DNA of 46,441 nt from an uncultured Candidatus Saccharibacteria bacterium (GCA_964620145.1 CAZUGR010000002.1:1-46441); one strand, 5' to 3'. Positions 1-9,289 are shown, counted from the stretch's first letter. The notes: generated from the sequence alone by a model not told the origin. Program-made: numbers and translations.

Positions 1-120
1 CGTATTATAATGCAGCATGTCGATATTACGGAGCGTGTTCGATATATGGAACTTCAGTAATGAACAAGACTTCTACAATTCGACAAACAATCAATCAATT
101 AGAGCAATTGAATCGATAGT

Positions 121-148
121 TTGCAAAAATATCAAAACATGCTATAAT
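121..148 (+). promoter_or_regulatory. sigma70-type promoter TTGCAA-16 nt-(TGc)TATAAT driving rpmE
   Basis: TTGCAA at 121-126 and TGcTATAAT at 140-148. The -10 ends 8 nt before the ATG at 157, with no Shine-Dalgarno sequence between. Confidence 0.6.
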
Positions 149-156
149 GGGATATT

Positions 157-411
157 ATGAAAAAAGACATTCATGCACAAAATTATCGACCTGTAGTATT
201 CGTTGATGCAAACAATGAGGCAATGTTTTTGACAGGTTCAACGATTGCAACTAATGAAACAGTAGTATTTGAAGGTAAAGAATATCCAAAATATTCTGTA
301 GAAACTTCAAGTGCCTCTCATCCATTCTATACAGGACAAGAAAAACAACTTGATACTGCTGGACGAGCTGAAAAATTCAAAACTCGAGCTGCAAAAGCTG
401 GAAAGAAATAA
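157..411 (+). CDS. rpmE: 50S ribosomal protein L31, type B
   Basis: 84 aa with N-terminal MKKDIH and C-terminal HPFYTG, both typical of bL31. No CxxC zinc motif, so type B. Confidence 0.9.
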   Translation: MKKDIHAQNYRPVVFVDANNEAMFLTGSTIATNETVVFEGKEYPKYSVETSSASHPFYTGQEKQLDTAGRAEKFKTRAAKAGKK

Positions 412-415
412 AAAT

Positions 416-434
416 ACCCAACAGGGTTTTTTTT
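416..434 (+). terminator. weak rho-independent terminator after rpmE
   Basis: Short stem ACCC/GGGT followed by a T8 run. Confidence 0.4.
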
Positions 435-472
435 ATTGATAAAATAAGGTTTTTCTGGTATTATAAAAAATT

Positions 473-1435
473 ATGGATATTGCAGAATTAAAACAAAATC
501 CCCGTATTCAATATTACGCTCAGGAACTCGAGCGTGTTTTACAGCAACAACAAGAAACTGAAGAAATGATTGCGTCTGATCCAGATATGGCAGAAGTTGC
601 AACAGAAGAACTTGAAAACTTGAAGCAAGTTCAAAAAACAATCGAAGGTCAAATCAAGGAAATCTTGGATAAAGAAAAAGAAGAAGACGAATTTCCAAAT
701 GAAATTGTTTTAGAGGTTCGTGGTGGTACAGGAGGAGACGAAGCCGCGCTATTTGCATTTAATTTGTCAGAAATGTATGAACGATATGCAGAAAAAATGG
801 GTTGGTCATGGAAAATTATTGATACATCGGTAAATGACATTGGTGGGTACAAAGAAGCGTCCTTTGAAATTCGTGGAATTGATTGTTATAAATTATTGCA
901 ATATGAAACAGGTGCACATCGTGTACAGCGTATCCCAGCAACTGAAAAACAAGGACGTATTCACACAAGCACTGCAACGGTTGCGATTATGCCAATTCGC
1001 AAGAAAATCACAATCGAATTAAATCCTGCAGATTTGGAATTTGAAATGTCGCGAGCAGGAGGAGCAGGAGGACAAAACGTAAACAAGGTAGAATCAGCGG
1101 TTCGTGTCATCCATAAACCAACAGGGATTTCATTCCGTTCGACAGTTGAGCGTTCACAACTTGCAAACAAGGAACGAGTGCTCAATTTATTAAAAGCAAA
1201 ATTACAACAGATCCATGATGAAGCAGAGCTCGCAAAACATTCATCAAATCGTAAAAATCAGGTGGGAACAGGGGATCGATCAGAAAAAATCAGAACTTAT
1301 AACTATCCACAAGACCGTATTACTGATCATCGTATCAAACAAAACTTTTCAAATATTCCAAGTATTATGGCAGGGAATATTGATAAGATTTTGCAAGCAC
1401 TTGCTGATGCAGAAAGTTTTGAAGATGGGGAATAA
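473..1435 (+). CDS. prfA: peptide chain release factor 1
   Basis: GGQ motif ([17 protein letters not shown]) and the RF1-specific PAT tripeptide ([14 protein letters not shown]). Confidence 0.95.
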   Translation: MDIAELKQNPRIQYYAQELERVLQQQQETEEMIASDPDMAEVATEELENLKQVQKTIEGQIKEILDKEKEEDEFPNEIVLEVRGGTGGDEAALFAFNLSEMYERYAEKMGWSWKIIDTSVNDIGGYKEASFEIRGIDCYKLLQYETGAHRVQRIPATEKQGRIHTSTATVAIMPIRKKITIELNPADLEFEMSRAGGAGGQNVNKVESAVRVIHKPTGISFRSTVERSQLANKERVLNLLKAKLQQIHDEAELAKHSSNRKNQVGTGDRSEKIRTYNYPQDRITDHRIKQNFSNIPSIMAGNIDKILQALADAESFEDGE

Positions 1436-1470
1436 AAAAGTACTAAGAATCTCAGTACTTTTTGTTTTCT
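1436..1470. terminator. bidirectional hairpin terminator between prfA and the convergent small ORF
   Basis: AAAAGTACT (1436-1444) pairs with AGTACTTTT (1454-1462), followed by a T-rich tract. Confidence 0.6.
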
Positions 1471-1488
1471 TTTAATAGTTTTAGTTTT

Positions 1489-1722
1489 TTAAATGGAATC
1501 TTTTGGGTTAAAGGGCGGTCCAAATCTTGGAAGGTAAAGTCCAAAATATCCTAATATAGAAACAATAATACCCATGATAGGAATAAGTAATAATGACCAG
1601 GCGTACATTTTCCATGAAATTGGTATTTTTGTTTCAAAATAAATTGTAAACATAACCAATAATCCACCGAAAGCCCAAAATAACACCCCGAGAAAAACTA
1701 TAAATAAAATCTTCTTTTTCAT
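1489..1722 (-). CDS. small hypothetical membrane protein (2-3 TM helices)
   Basis: 77 aa and strongly hydrophobic (ILFIVFLGVLFWAFGGLLVMF..., LLLIPIMGIIVSILGYF). No recognisable family. Confidence 0.5.
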   Translation of the reverse strand: MKKKILFIVFLGVLFWAFGGLLVMFTIYFETKIPISWKMYAWSLLLIPIMGIIVSILGYFGLYLPRFGPPFNPKDSI

Positions 1723-1768
1723 CTCTTAAATTTTAAGTGAACAATATTAATATAATATATACAATATA

Positions 1769-2506
1769 TTAATATGTGTCAACTTTAGTATATGTTGAAA
1801 ATCTTATTACTCCAAACTGATCTTTCATTACTTCAGATTGTGGTAATAATTGCTGAATTTCCTCTACCTGTTCTGGTTCATGTTCCATCCATAAAATACC
1901 CCCAGATTTCATAAAATTTGGGGCATTTTGGGCGATTTTGGTGATAATTTGCATCCCTTTACTTCCACCAAATAACGCCAGTTCTGGCTCAAATTTGAAC
2001 ACATTTTCACCAATTCTGTCAGATAGTGCTGGATCAATATAAGGAGGATTGGTAATAATAATATCGTAGGTATCGGTAATATTTTCAAATAAATCTCCAC
2101 CATAAATTCTTGTTCGGTTTGTATCAATACTGTTTTCGGTAATATTTTTTAAAATAGTCTCATGATGTGATTCATCAAGTTCTACAAAATCAACAGTACT
2201 TGTAGGTAGTGCTTTTAATAATGCAACACCAATACAACCTGATCCAGCGCACAAATCCAAGATTTTCAAATTTTGTTTATTTGATAATTCTGTAATGATT
2301 TTGCTTACCAAGTATTCTGTTTCTGGGCGGGGAATGAGTGGATGAGAGTCAAGGAAAATTTTTGTATTACAAAATGGTTGCCAACCGATAATATAGGCAA
2401 GGGGTTCGCCTGATTGCAATCGCTCTACATCATGTTCGAATTCAGGAGTTTTTATTCCATTGTATTTATCTTGTAGCAACCATGTAACTTCTTTGGAAAA
2501 ATTCAT
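1769..2506 (-). CDS. prmC: release factor glutamine N5-methyltransferase (PrmC/HemK)
   Basis: NPPY motif (IITNPPYI) and SAM motif LDLCAGSGCIG. It lies next to prfA. Confidence 0.9.
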   Translation of the reverse strand: MNFSKEVTWLLQDKYNGIKTPEFEHDVERLQSGEPLAYIIGWQPFCNTKIFLDSHPLIPRPETEYLVSKIITELSNKQNLKILDLCAGSGCIGVALLKALPTSTVDFVELDESHHETILKNITENSIDTNRTRIYGGDLFENITDTYDIIITNPPYIDPALSDRIGENVFKFEPELALFGGSKGMQIITKIAQNAPNFMKSGGILWMEHEPEQVEEIQQLLPQSEVMKDQFGVIRFSTYTKVDTY

Positions 2507-2535
2507 ATTTCAAAACTATCATTTCAAAATTTTTT

Positions 2536-2568
2536 GTCAAAAAAGAGAGGTCTCAAAACCTCTCTTTT
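2536..2568 (-). terminator. rho-independent terminator after the ClpP-like gene
   Basis: AAGAGAGG (2543-2550) pairs with CCTCTCTT (2559-2566). A T-run follows on the minus strand. Confidence 0.6.
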
Positions 2569-2570
2569 GC

Positions 2571-3176
2571 TTACTTAATAAGATATTTCCAGAAATTTTC
2601 TTCTGGAGTATATCCAGCAATTTCTGTTAGAAGTCCAATTTCAAGAGCTTCTTCTGGGAATAAAAAACGATCATTTTGATCACCATCTCTTTCAAGTTGT
2701 AAAAGTTTTTCCGGAGAAATCTTTAATTGAGAAAGTAAAGCTTTTTGTTTTCTCTCATGAAGTAACTCACTCTGAATTAATTGATTTTTCACTTGTTCAT
2801 CTGGAGAAACTCCAAATGGGTGATTATGGAGAACTGAGATAGTAGTTTTCATGCTATGAAAAAGGTAGCGAGAATGAGGTAGTCCAATTCTTTCGATGCA
2901 AGCAGCAAGAGGGTATAGTCCTGCTGAGCTACACCTGTTCACTCCGTAACCAATAGTTTCTACTGGCGCAGATCTGATTGTATCATACATCCGTAACCCC
3001 CAAGAAGGAGCGCCGCCATTAGTTCGAAAAATAATCTTAATGGCTTCAGAACTTTTCATGCATAATAGAAAAATCCCCTCATCAATTTCATCAGAACGTT
3101 CCCGGTTGATTTCTCCGTCGATTAACAAAAATCGCTTCTTAAGTAATTCTTGTTTTAATTCTTTAATTTGATTCAT
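2571..3176 (-). CDS. divergent ClpP-family (S14) serine protease-like protein
   Basis: By-eye alignment to the ClpP core: FRTNGGAPS (INSPGG-like), Ser in RCSSAGLY, His in YLFHSM, Asp in DQNDRFLFPEEALEIGLL. The N-terminus is shortened. Confidence 0.65.
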   Translation of the reverse strand: MNQIKELKQELLKKRFLLIDGEINRERSDEIDEGIFLLCMKSSEAIKIIFRTNGGAPSWGLRMYDTIRSAPVETIGYGVNRCSSAGLYPLAACIERIGLPHSRYLFHSMKTTISVLHNHPFGVSPDEQVKNQLIQSELLHERKQKALLSQLKISPEKLLQLERDGDQNDRFLFPEEALEIGLLTEIAGYTPEENFWKYLIK

Positions 3177-3222
3177 GTTGTACTTTTTTTATTTTATGTT
3201 ACAATAACATTATTAAATAATT

Positions 3223-3936
3223 ATGTCAAACAACCTCGGAAAACTCTATATCGTTGCAACCCCTATCGGAAACTTGGCTGATATGACTTTTCGTGCGGTT
3301 GAAATATTAAAAACGGTAAGTTATATTTTATGTGAAGACACGCGAACAACTGGATCATTATTAAAGCATTATAAAATTCCTAATAAAAATGAGGCAGGGC
3401 AGAGTAAATTAATGAGTTTTCATGCACATTCAAAACTTACCAAAGTAAACCAAATTATCGAACTCATTGAACAAGGAAATAATATCGCACTTGTATCAGA
3501 TGCAGGAACACCGTGTATTTCTGATCCTGGTGTTATGTTGGTTGCAGAATTACAAAAACATTTTGGAGATGAATTTATTACTTCACCTATTCCTGGAGCA
3601 AGCGCATTCATTTCTGCATTATCTGCATCAGGGTTACCAGCCCATGAATTTATTTGGAAAGGATTTATTCCTCAAAAAAAGGGTAGAGAAACATTTTTCA
3701 AGGAAATCCAAGATACTCAAACGACCGTAATTTTTTACGAGTCAGTACATCGAATTATAAAAACTTTAGAATCTTTAGTCGAATATATCCCAGATAGAAA
3801 CATTGTTGTTGCTCGAGAGATTACCAAAATGTTTGAAGAATTTAGAAAAGGCGTCCCATCAAAAATATTAGAATACTATACATTACATCCAGAAAAAATA
3901 AAAGGTGAATTTGTAATAATAATTCAAGGAAAATAA
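3223..3936 (+). CDS. rsmI: 16S rRNA (cytidine1402-2'-O)-methyltransferase RsmI
   Basis: LYIVATPIGNLADMTFRAVEILK...ILCEDTRTTGSLLKHY, the signature N-terminus of RsmI. Confidence 0.9.
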   Translation: MSNNLGKLYIVATPIGNLADMTFRAVEILKTVSYILCEDTRTTGSLLKHYKIPNKNEAGQSKLMSFHAHSKLTKVNQIIELIEQGNNIALVSDAGTPCISDPGVMLVAELQKHFGDEFITSPIPGASAFISALSASGLPAHEFIWKGFIPQKKGRETFFKEIQDTQTTVIFYESVHRIIKTLESLVEYIPDRNIVVAREITKMFEEFRKGVPSKILEYYTLHPEKIKGEFVIIIQGK

Positions 3937-3964
3937 AAAACAGACTCTAGAAGTCTGTTTTTTA
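3937..3964. terminator. bidirectional terminator between rsmI and ftsA
   Basis: AAAAACAGACT...AGTCTGTTTTT hairpin flanked by A and T runs. It overlaps the ftsA stop codon. Confidence 0.6.
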
Positions 3965-5140
3965 TGGGAGGAATTGTTCAATAAAACTTTTTGTAGAATC
4001 TTTGATATCTTTGAAAACTTTTTTTAACGAAATTTCTGTTGATCGATATTGTGGTTGCTGATTACCAAGGAGGCAAACTCCATATACAGCAAGCCATGAA
4101 TTATTGAGAGATTTTTTACTTGGAATAATTTTCTCTGATTGGATTGTTTGGGTTGGTAATTTCAAATGATTACGAATATGAGTATTCATGTGTTCGTAAT
4201 GACTTCCACCGCCAACAAGAGTAATTCCACCAGGAAGTAATCTGTCACGATTCCACAAGACAAGTTTTTTCTTGATAATATCTGCCATATCTGTAATTCG
4301 AGCTTCAATAATATCTTGAACACGTCTTCGAGTTACTGTTTTTTCAGTTTGCTTTCCAAGTTTAATCATTTCTGCATCTTCGAGTGAAATTTGTAATCCA
4401 AGCGCCAAGTCGTTAGTGATAAAATTTGCTCCACAAGGAATAACTGCAGTATGAACAAGTGTATTATTTTCAAAAATCGAAACAGACAAAGTTTCAGCAC
4501 CTATATCAATAAGTGCAGCTCCAGCAGCTTGAACACGCTTTGGAAGCGAAACGGTACTTGTAGCGATTGGTGACGCAACAATGTCAGTAATATCTAATCC
4601 TGCTTTGCTTATAACGGAAATAAGACTGTCACGATGTTGTGTGAGACAACTTACAAGTGCATATTTAATAGAGAGCTTATCACCATTAAGTCCAACTGGG
4701 TTTGCAAATAATTCTTCACCATCAAGATAATAAGTTAATGGAATAGTGTGAAGAAGTGAACGATTCTTTTCTTGATAATTGAAATCATCACTAACCTGGT
4801 GAACAATATAGGTGATATCTTTCTCTGAAATTGTCTTTTTTTCAAGCGAAAGGGAGTTGGTTACATGAGTGGTTTTTAAGCTAATACTGTTCATGCATAC
4901 ATATACACGATCAAGTTTTACTCCAGCCATTGTTTCTGCCATACGAATAGCAGAAACGAGAGGTTGTAATATTTCGTCCTCATTAATAATGTAGCCTTTA
5001 GTAACACCAGAGGTAGTACTTCTCCCAACACCAATAACACGAGGTAGATTTTCATTTTCTACTTGTTCAGTAATAATTACTCGGATAGTGTTACTTCCGA
5101 TGTCGATACCGGCAATAATTAAAGGAGATTGAGGTGTCAT
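3962..5140 (-). CDS. ftsA: cell division protein FtsA
   Basis: Actin-fold motifs GIDIGSNTIRV, ALIDIGAETLSVSIF and ITLVGGGS. 392 aa. Confidence 0.9.
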   Translation of the reverse strand: MTPQSPLIIAGIDIGSNTIRVIITEQVENENLPRVIGVGRSTTSGVTKGYIINEDEILQPLVSAIRMAETMAGVKLDRVYVCMNSISLKTTHVTNSLSLEKKTISEKDITYIVHQVSDDFNYQEKNRSLLHTIPLTYYLDGEELFANPVGLNGDKLSIKYALVSCLTQHRDSLISVISKAGLDITDIVASPIATSTVSLPKRVQAAGAALIDIGAETLSVSIFENNTLVHTAVIPCGANFITNDLALGLQISLEDAEMIKLGKQTEKTVTRRRVQDIIEARITDMADIIKKKLVLWNRDRLLPGGITLVGGGSHYEHMNTHIRNHLKLPTQTIQSEKIIPSKKSLNNSWLAVYGVCLLGNQQPQYRSTEISLKKVFKDIKDSTKSFIEQFLP

Positions 5141-5170
5141 ATGATGTTATTATAATATCATAAAACATTA

Positions 5171-5593
5171 TTAAATATCAAATTTTTTCCGTATTTTTTG
5201 TTCAAAAACTTCCATGGCGTGACCATGAACATGTCCTTTGAGATGTGCACAACCATGAATAAAGAGAAAAGCGACATAATTTTCATATGTTCGATCAAAA
5301 TTTATACACTCAGTTTTTGCTTGATCAAGTGAAATAAAAATTTCTCCAACATTTTTTTCAATAGGGAACGAGAGGATATTTACTGGCCCTGGTTTGTTTT
5401 TCCAATCTTGATGTAGTTTAATGGCAGTTTTTTTGCCAGGAAAAACCAAAGAAAGTTCATATTTTTTTCCAAGAATAGTGTCTTTGATTTTTTGCCAATC
5501 AATGGTAGGAATCTTCTTCCTAGGTTCGTGTGCAATAGATAAGTTTTCAGAAATATTATTAATTTTCATAATAGTTATTAAATAGTATATCAA
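5171..5593 (-). CDS. ybeY: rRNA maturation endoribonuclease YbeY
   Basis: Zinc motif HGCAHLKGHVHGH (HxxxHxxxxxH). The real start may be the internal Met at 5569. Confidence 0.85.
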   Translation of the reverse strand: MIYYLITIMKINNISENLSIAHEPRKKIPTIDWQKIKDTILGKKYELSLVFPGKKTAIKLHQDWKNKPGPVNILSFPIEKNVGEIFISLDQAKTECINFDRTYENYVAFLFIHGCAHLKGHVHGHAMEVFEQKIRKKFDI

Positions 5594-5626
5594 AAATAAA
5601 ATACAAACAAAAGAAAAAGCAAGAAA

Positions 5627-5860
5627 TTATCTTCCTGCTGTTACTTCACCTGCTTTTTCTTTTGCTTTGAACTCTGCAGTTCTTTTGATTCGAACGAGAG
5701 CAGAGCGTTTTGTTCGGAGTGTTGATTGTTCACGGTTAAAGTATCGATTTCCTCGAACTTCTTGTAAAAATCCAGCTCCTCGAACTTTTTTCTGAAAACG
5801 GCGTAGTACACTACTTGCGTTTTCGTTGTTATTTTTCTTGATGTCTACGTTAATTGCCAT
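5627..5860 (-). CDS. rpsU: 30S ribosomal protein S21
   Basis: 77 aa, basic, with the bS21 pattern LRRFQKKVRGAGFLQEVRGNRYFNREQS..RTKR. Confidence 0.9.
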   Translation of the reverse strand: MAINVDIKKNNNENASSVLRRFQKKVRGAGFLQEVRGNRYFNREQSTLRTKRSALVRIKRTAEFKAKEKAGEVTAGR

Positions 5861-5898
5861 AATGTAAATAGTTTAGCATATTTAAGAAAAAAAGCAAA

Positions 5899-7803
5899 TC
5901 AAGCAATAGTAATCCAAGGTGTTTCAATCTTGATTTGTGCGTGTCCACGGAGTATTTCCAAAAATCTGCGTAATTTCTTTGATTCGAGTGTTTCTTGGAG
6001 AGACCACTCTTTACTATTAATGTGAAGCATTGCTTGAAGAGTATATGTTTGCGAGTATTCAAAAAAGTTTGATGTAATTGTATGTTCAAAAGACTGAATT
6101 GATTGTTTCAAAAAATCCTTTGCTTGATGGTGGTCTTTTCGAGAAATATTTTCCATTGTAATACTTATCAATGTCGCATAAGGTGGAAAATCATATAACG
6201 AATAAAGTTTATTTTCTTCTTGAATCAAGTGTTCCAAGTTTTGTTGTTGAAAATCTTGTAAAAAATTTTGCCCTACGTGTTTTGTTTGAATAATATAATG
6301 TTCTCGAGTTTTTTCCAATAAATTTTCCATTATCCAGAGAGCTTGAAGTGATGTTTGAAAATGAGGAATACTTATGATGTGTTCAAATGATGCGATTATT
6401 GTAATATCTACTTCTGAAATAAAAGGAATAATTTTTTGTGTACCAACAAGAATTCCACCTGTTGTATTCCATTCTTTTACTAATTTCTTGCAAGCAGTAT
6501 CTGTCTTTGTAAAGTTTTGATTACCTTGATAGAGTGGAGTATTTGGGAAAAGTCGTTCCAGTTCTTCAACTATTGATTCTGTTGTAATCCCAAGTGGTCT
6601 AATATTCCAACCAAGACAATCTGGACATCGATTCATTGGAGGTATTTCTGTTTTGCAGAGATTACAATGAAATACTCGATCGTTTGTAGCGAGAGGATTT
6701 GTTTTTATCAAGGTCATAATTGATTGGCAGTTAGGACAATGAACTGTGTATCCACAATCACTACAAGAAGTAATTGTTGCAATTGATTTTCGAGCTGAGT
6801 AGATAAAAACTTTCTGACTCTTTTTGAGATGTTGAGGAACCGCATTGATGATTTGAGAAGAAAAAAAAGGTGATTGATAGAGTGGGGAATTTTTCTGTTC
6901 TTTTTCAATGAGGATGATTTTTTCTTTGGCTATTTTTTCTGAAGTGGTTCGATCGATAAAAGCTTTCCGTTTCTCTATTAATAAAATTTGCTGAGGAGAA
7001 AGAAAAGAATCAGCTAGATAAAATGAAAGTCCCAAAGTTTGTAGTAAAGGAAGTAATATATTTCGAAAATCAATAAATGATGAAAAATCATTTTGATAAT
7101 ATGGTGAGTTTATAGATTCAAAAATACAAGTCTCTAGATTGTCATCAGGAATAATTGCATATTGTGGAGTTGTGAAAAATATGGCTGGTTTTTGATTTGT
7201 AAGAAAATTGTTATAGGTAGACTCTTTTTTTTGTGATGAGAGTGATCCGTTTAATAGTATTGTCTGCATTTCTGAGGGAATACTTGCTTTGAGTTTTTCG
7301 TGTAGCTGATTTTGCTCTAAAACGGTTGGTGTAATAATGAGTAAGCTTTTTTTCTTGATAAAAATTTCATGAATAAGTGTTTGGTATGCAGTGATTCTTT
7401 TTAAAAAGGGAAGTGTAATAATACGGAGTGTGTGGTCTTGTTTTTGTGATACTGGTTTCCATTTCATTATTTTTTTAAAAATAATTTCTGGGAATAAGGT
7501 GCTTATTAATGTTCCTATAGGAATAAGTGTTTGTTGAGAAATAATTTGGAGTGTTTGAAGTATTTCCTTGGGAAATTGCTGATCATTAACAATATTACCA
7601 ATTGATTTTAATGAAAAATTACCTGTGCGTATATTAGATTTTACATCTCGAGCCATTTTTTGAGAGATTACAATTCCTTGAATCGTTCGTGATTGTAGTG
7701 GAATCTCAACAACAGAACCTAACTGAACTGGACGAACTGAAAAATACGACAAAGAGTCGAGAGGGATTCCTTTTTGAAGTGGTATTATTTCCACTATATA
7801 CAT
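5899..7803 (-). CDS. priA: primosomal protein N' (PriA)-like, helicase ATPase motifs apparently degenerate
   Basis: PriA-type Cys-rich zinc region CSDCGYTVHCPNCQ...HCNLCK...RCPDCLG and ILVGTQ. The Walker A, DEEH and GRxGR positions are not conserved. Uses a TGA stop. Confidence 0.75.
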   Translation of the reverse strand: MYIVEIIPLQKGIPLDSLSYFSVRPVQLGSVVEIPLQSRTIQGIVISQKMARDVKSNIRTGNFSLKSIGNIVNDQQFPKEILQTLQIISQQTLIPIGTLISTLFPEIIFKKIMKWKPVSQKQDHTLRIITLPFLKRITAYQTLIHEIFIKKKSLLIITPTVLEQNQLHEKLKASIPSEMQTILLNGSLSSQKKESTYNNFLTNQKPAIFFTTPQYAIIPDDNLETCIFESINSPYYQNDFSSFIDFRNILLPLLQTLGLSFYLADSFLSPQQILLIEKRKAFIDRTTSEKIAKEKIILIEKEQKNSPLYQSPFFSSQIINAVPQHLKKSQKVFIYSARKSIATITSCSDCGYTVHCPNCQSIMTLIKTNPLATNDRVFHCNLCKTEIPPMNRCPDCLGWNIRPLGITTESIVEELERLFPNTPLYQGNQNFTKTDTACKKLVKEWNTTGGILVGTQKIIPFISEVDITIIASFEHIISIPHFQTSLQALWIMENLLEKTREHYIIQTKHVGQNFLQDFQQQNLEHLIQEENKLYSLYDFPPYATLISITMENISRKDHHQAKDFLKQSIQSFEHTITSNFFEYSQTYTLQAMLHINSKEWSLQETLESKKLRRFLEILRGHAQIKIETPWITIA

Positions 7804-7947
7804 AGATATATCGACTATAGCACAATTTAATTTTTATTAAAGAAAGAGTTGTTTATATGTAGTAATATGAATAACTTATCGGTATATATTAATTACTGTG
7901 TCAAATAATCGCCAAAAAACTTTTTTTGTGCTAAATTCCGTGTATCT

Positions 7948-8964
7948 ATGAGTATTTTTTCTCCAAAATTAGGTATTGATTTAGGAACGGTAAATACGTT
8001 GATATATCAACCAGAAAAAGGGATCGTTCTGAACGAACCTTCCGTTGTTGCAATTACAGAACATGATCATGAGATTCTTGCTATTGGGTCAGACGCACGC
8101 GAAATGCTTGGAAAAACTGTTGATGGATTAATTGCGCATCGCCCAATGCGTGCAGGAGTAATTGCGGATTATCGAATGACTATTGCCATGTTGGCGCATT
8201 TTATGAAAAAAGTCCTTGGCTTTTGGTCATTTATAAAGCCAGAAGTAATGATCTCTGTTCCTGCGAGTGTTAGTTCTACTGAACGACGCGCAGTAGTAGA
8301 AGCTGCTCTCAAAGCAGGTGCTAAAAAAGCTCATGTAGTACGCGAACCAATCGTTGCTGCTATTGGCGCAGGAATTCCAATTAATGAACCAACAGGTCAC
8401 ATGGTAGTAGATATTGGTGGAGGAACAACAGATGTTGCTGTGATTTCACTTGGATCTATTCAATCATGTCTTTCAGTTAAATGTGCAGGTAATAATATTG
8501 ATCATGCCATTGCATTGCATTTGAAAAAAGTACACAATCTTGCAATTGGTGATCGAACCGCAGAGAGGATTAAAATAAAAATTGGATCAGCTGTTCCTAT
8601 CGATGAACCATTAGAATTAATTGTAAAAGGTCGCGATTATTTATCAGGGCTTCCTCGATCAGTGACTATTAATACAAATGAAATTGTAACAGCGATTGAT
8701 AGTGAGTTGTGGCAAGTTATTGATACAATCAAGATCGTTTTGCAAGACACACTTCCAGAACTTGCCTCTGATATTATTGATACAGGAATAGTACTCACAG
8801 GAGGCGGGGCTCAATTACGCAATTTAACAGAATTAGTATATCGCAGAACAGGAGTACGATGTATTTTAGCAGAAGAGCCGTCATTGGCAGTAGTTCGAGG
8901 AATTGGTACAACGTTGAATCATATTGATCAATATAATCGAGCGTTAATTTCTAAGCCTTTTTAA
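7948..8964 (+). CDS. mreB: rod shape-determining protein MreB
   Basis: GIDLGTVNT, VVDIGGGTTDVAV and IVLTGGGAQLRNL. Confidence 0.95.
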   Translation: MSIFSPKLGIDLGTVNTLIYQPEKGIVLNEPSVVAITEHDHEILAIGSDAREMLGKTVDGLIAHRPMRAGVIADYRMTIAMLAHFMKKVLGFWSFIKPEVMISVPASVSSTERRAVVEAALKAGAKKAHVVREPIVAAIGAGIPINEPTGHMVVDIGGGTTDVAVISLGSIQSCLSVKCAGNNIDHAIALHLKKVHNLAIGDRTAERIKIKIGSAVPIDEPLELIVKGRDYLSGLPRSVTINTNEIVTAIDSELWQVIDTIKIVLQDTLPELASDIIDTGIVLTGGGAQLRNLTELVYRRTGVRCILAEEPSLAVVRGIGTTLNHIDQYNRALISKPF

Positions 8965-8988
8965 AAAAACACCTCACGGTGTTTTTTG
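8965..8988 (+). terminator. rho-independent terminator after mreB
   Basis: AAACACC-TCAC-GGTGTTT followed by a T-run. Confidence 0.7.
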
Positions 8989-9038
8989 TTGATTTTTTCT
9001 TGAAAAAAGTATAATTATATTTAATTAAAAAATAAAAT

Positions 9039-9253
9039 ATGAAAAATAGAGAATTAGAATTACAAGAATTATGTAAAGATTTAAGAGTGGAAGAGATAAG
9101 GGTTTCTCCAAATCCTTCTAAAATATTACAACTGAAGATTGTATTAATCACGTGATTGAAATTTTATCAGATTTCAAACACGAAAGTGAAAAGGGTATAA
9201 TCGGAACAGAAAATTCAATATTTTATGAATTAAAACAATTTAATACGTTCTAA
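9039..9253 (+). pseudogene. small ORF split over two frames (frameshifted gene, sequencing indel, or two mini-ORFs)
   Basis: Frame A (ATG 9039 to TGA 9153-9155) gives MKNRELELQELCKDLRVEEIRVSPNPSKILQLKIVLIT. An overlapping frame open from 9122 to TAA 9251-9253 gives NITTEDCINHVIEILSDFKHESEKGIIGTENSIFYELKQFNTF. The unit has a TATAAT at 9010-9015 upstream and a strong terminator downstream. Confidence 0.3.
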
Positions 9254-9258
9254 AAAAT

Positions 9259-9289
9259 AAACTATATTACGCAGGTAATATAGTTTTTT
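9259..9289 (+). terminator. rho-independent terminator
   Basis: AAACTATATTA (9259-9269) pairs with TAATATAGTTT (9276-9286), followed by a T-run. Confidence 0.65.

Noticed and set aside
3-119. Open frame running in from the window edge to TAG 117-119 (…YGTSVMNKTSTIRQTINQLEQLNR), possibly the 3' end of an upstream gene
   Set aside because: It is too short and unrecognisable to support as a feature. I considered Rho because of the rho-rpmE synteny, but the sequence does not match what I recall of the Rho C-terminus.
8951-9151. 66-aa minus-strand ORF in the mreB-holB spacer
   Set aside because: It reads through the mreB terminator and has low-complexity, AT-driven composition. The plus-strand promoter/ORF/terminator unit explains the region better.
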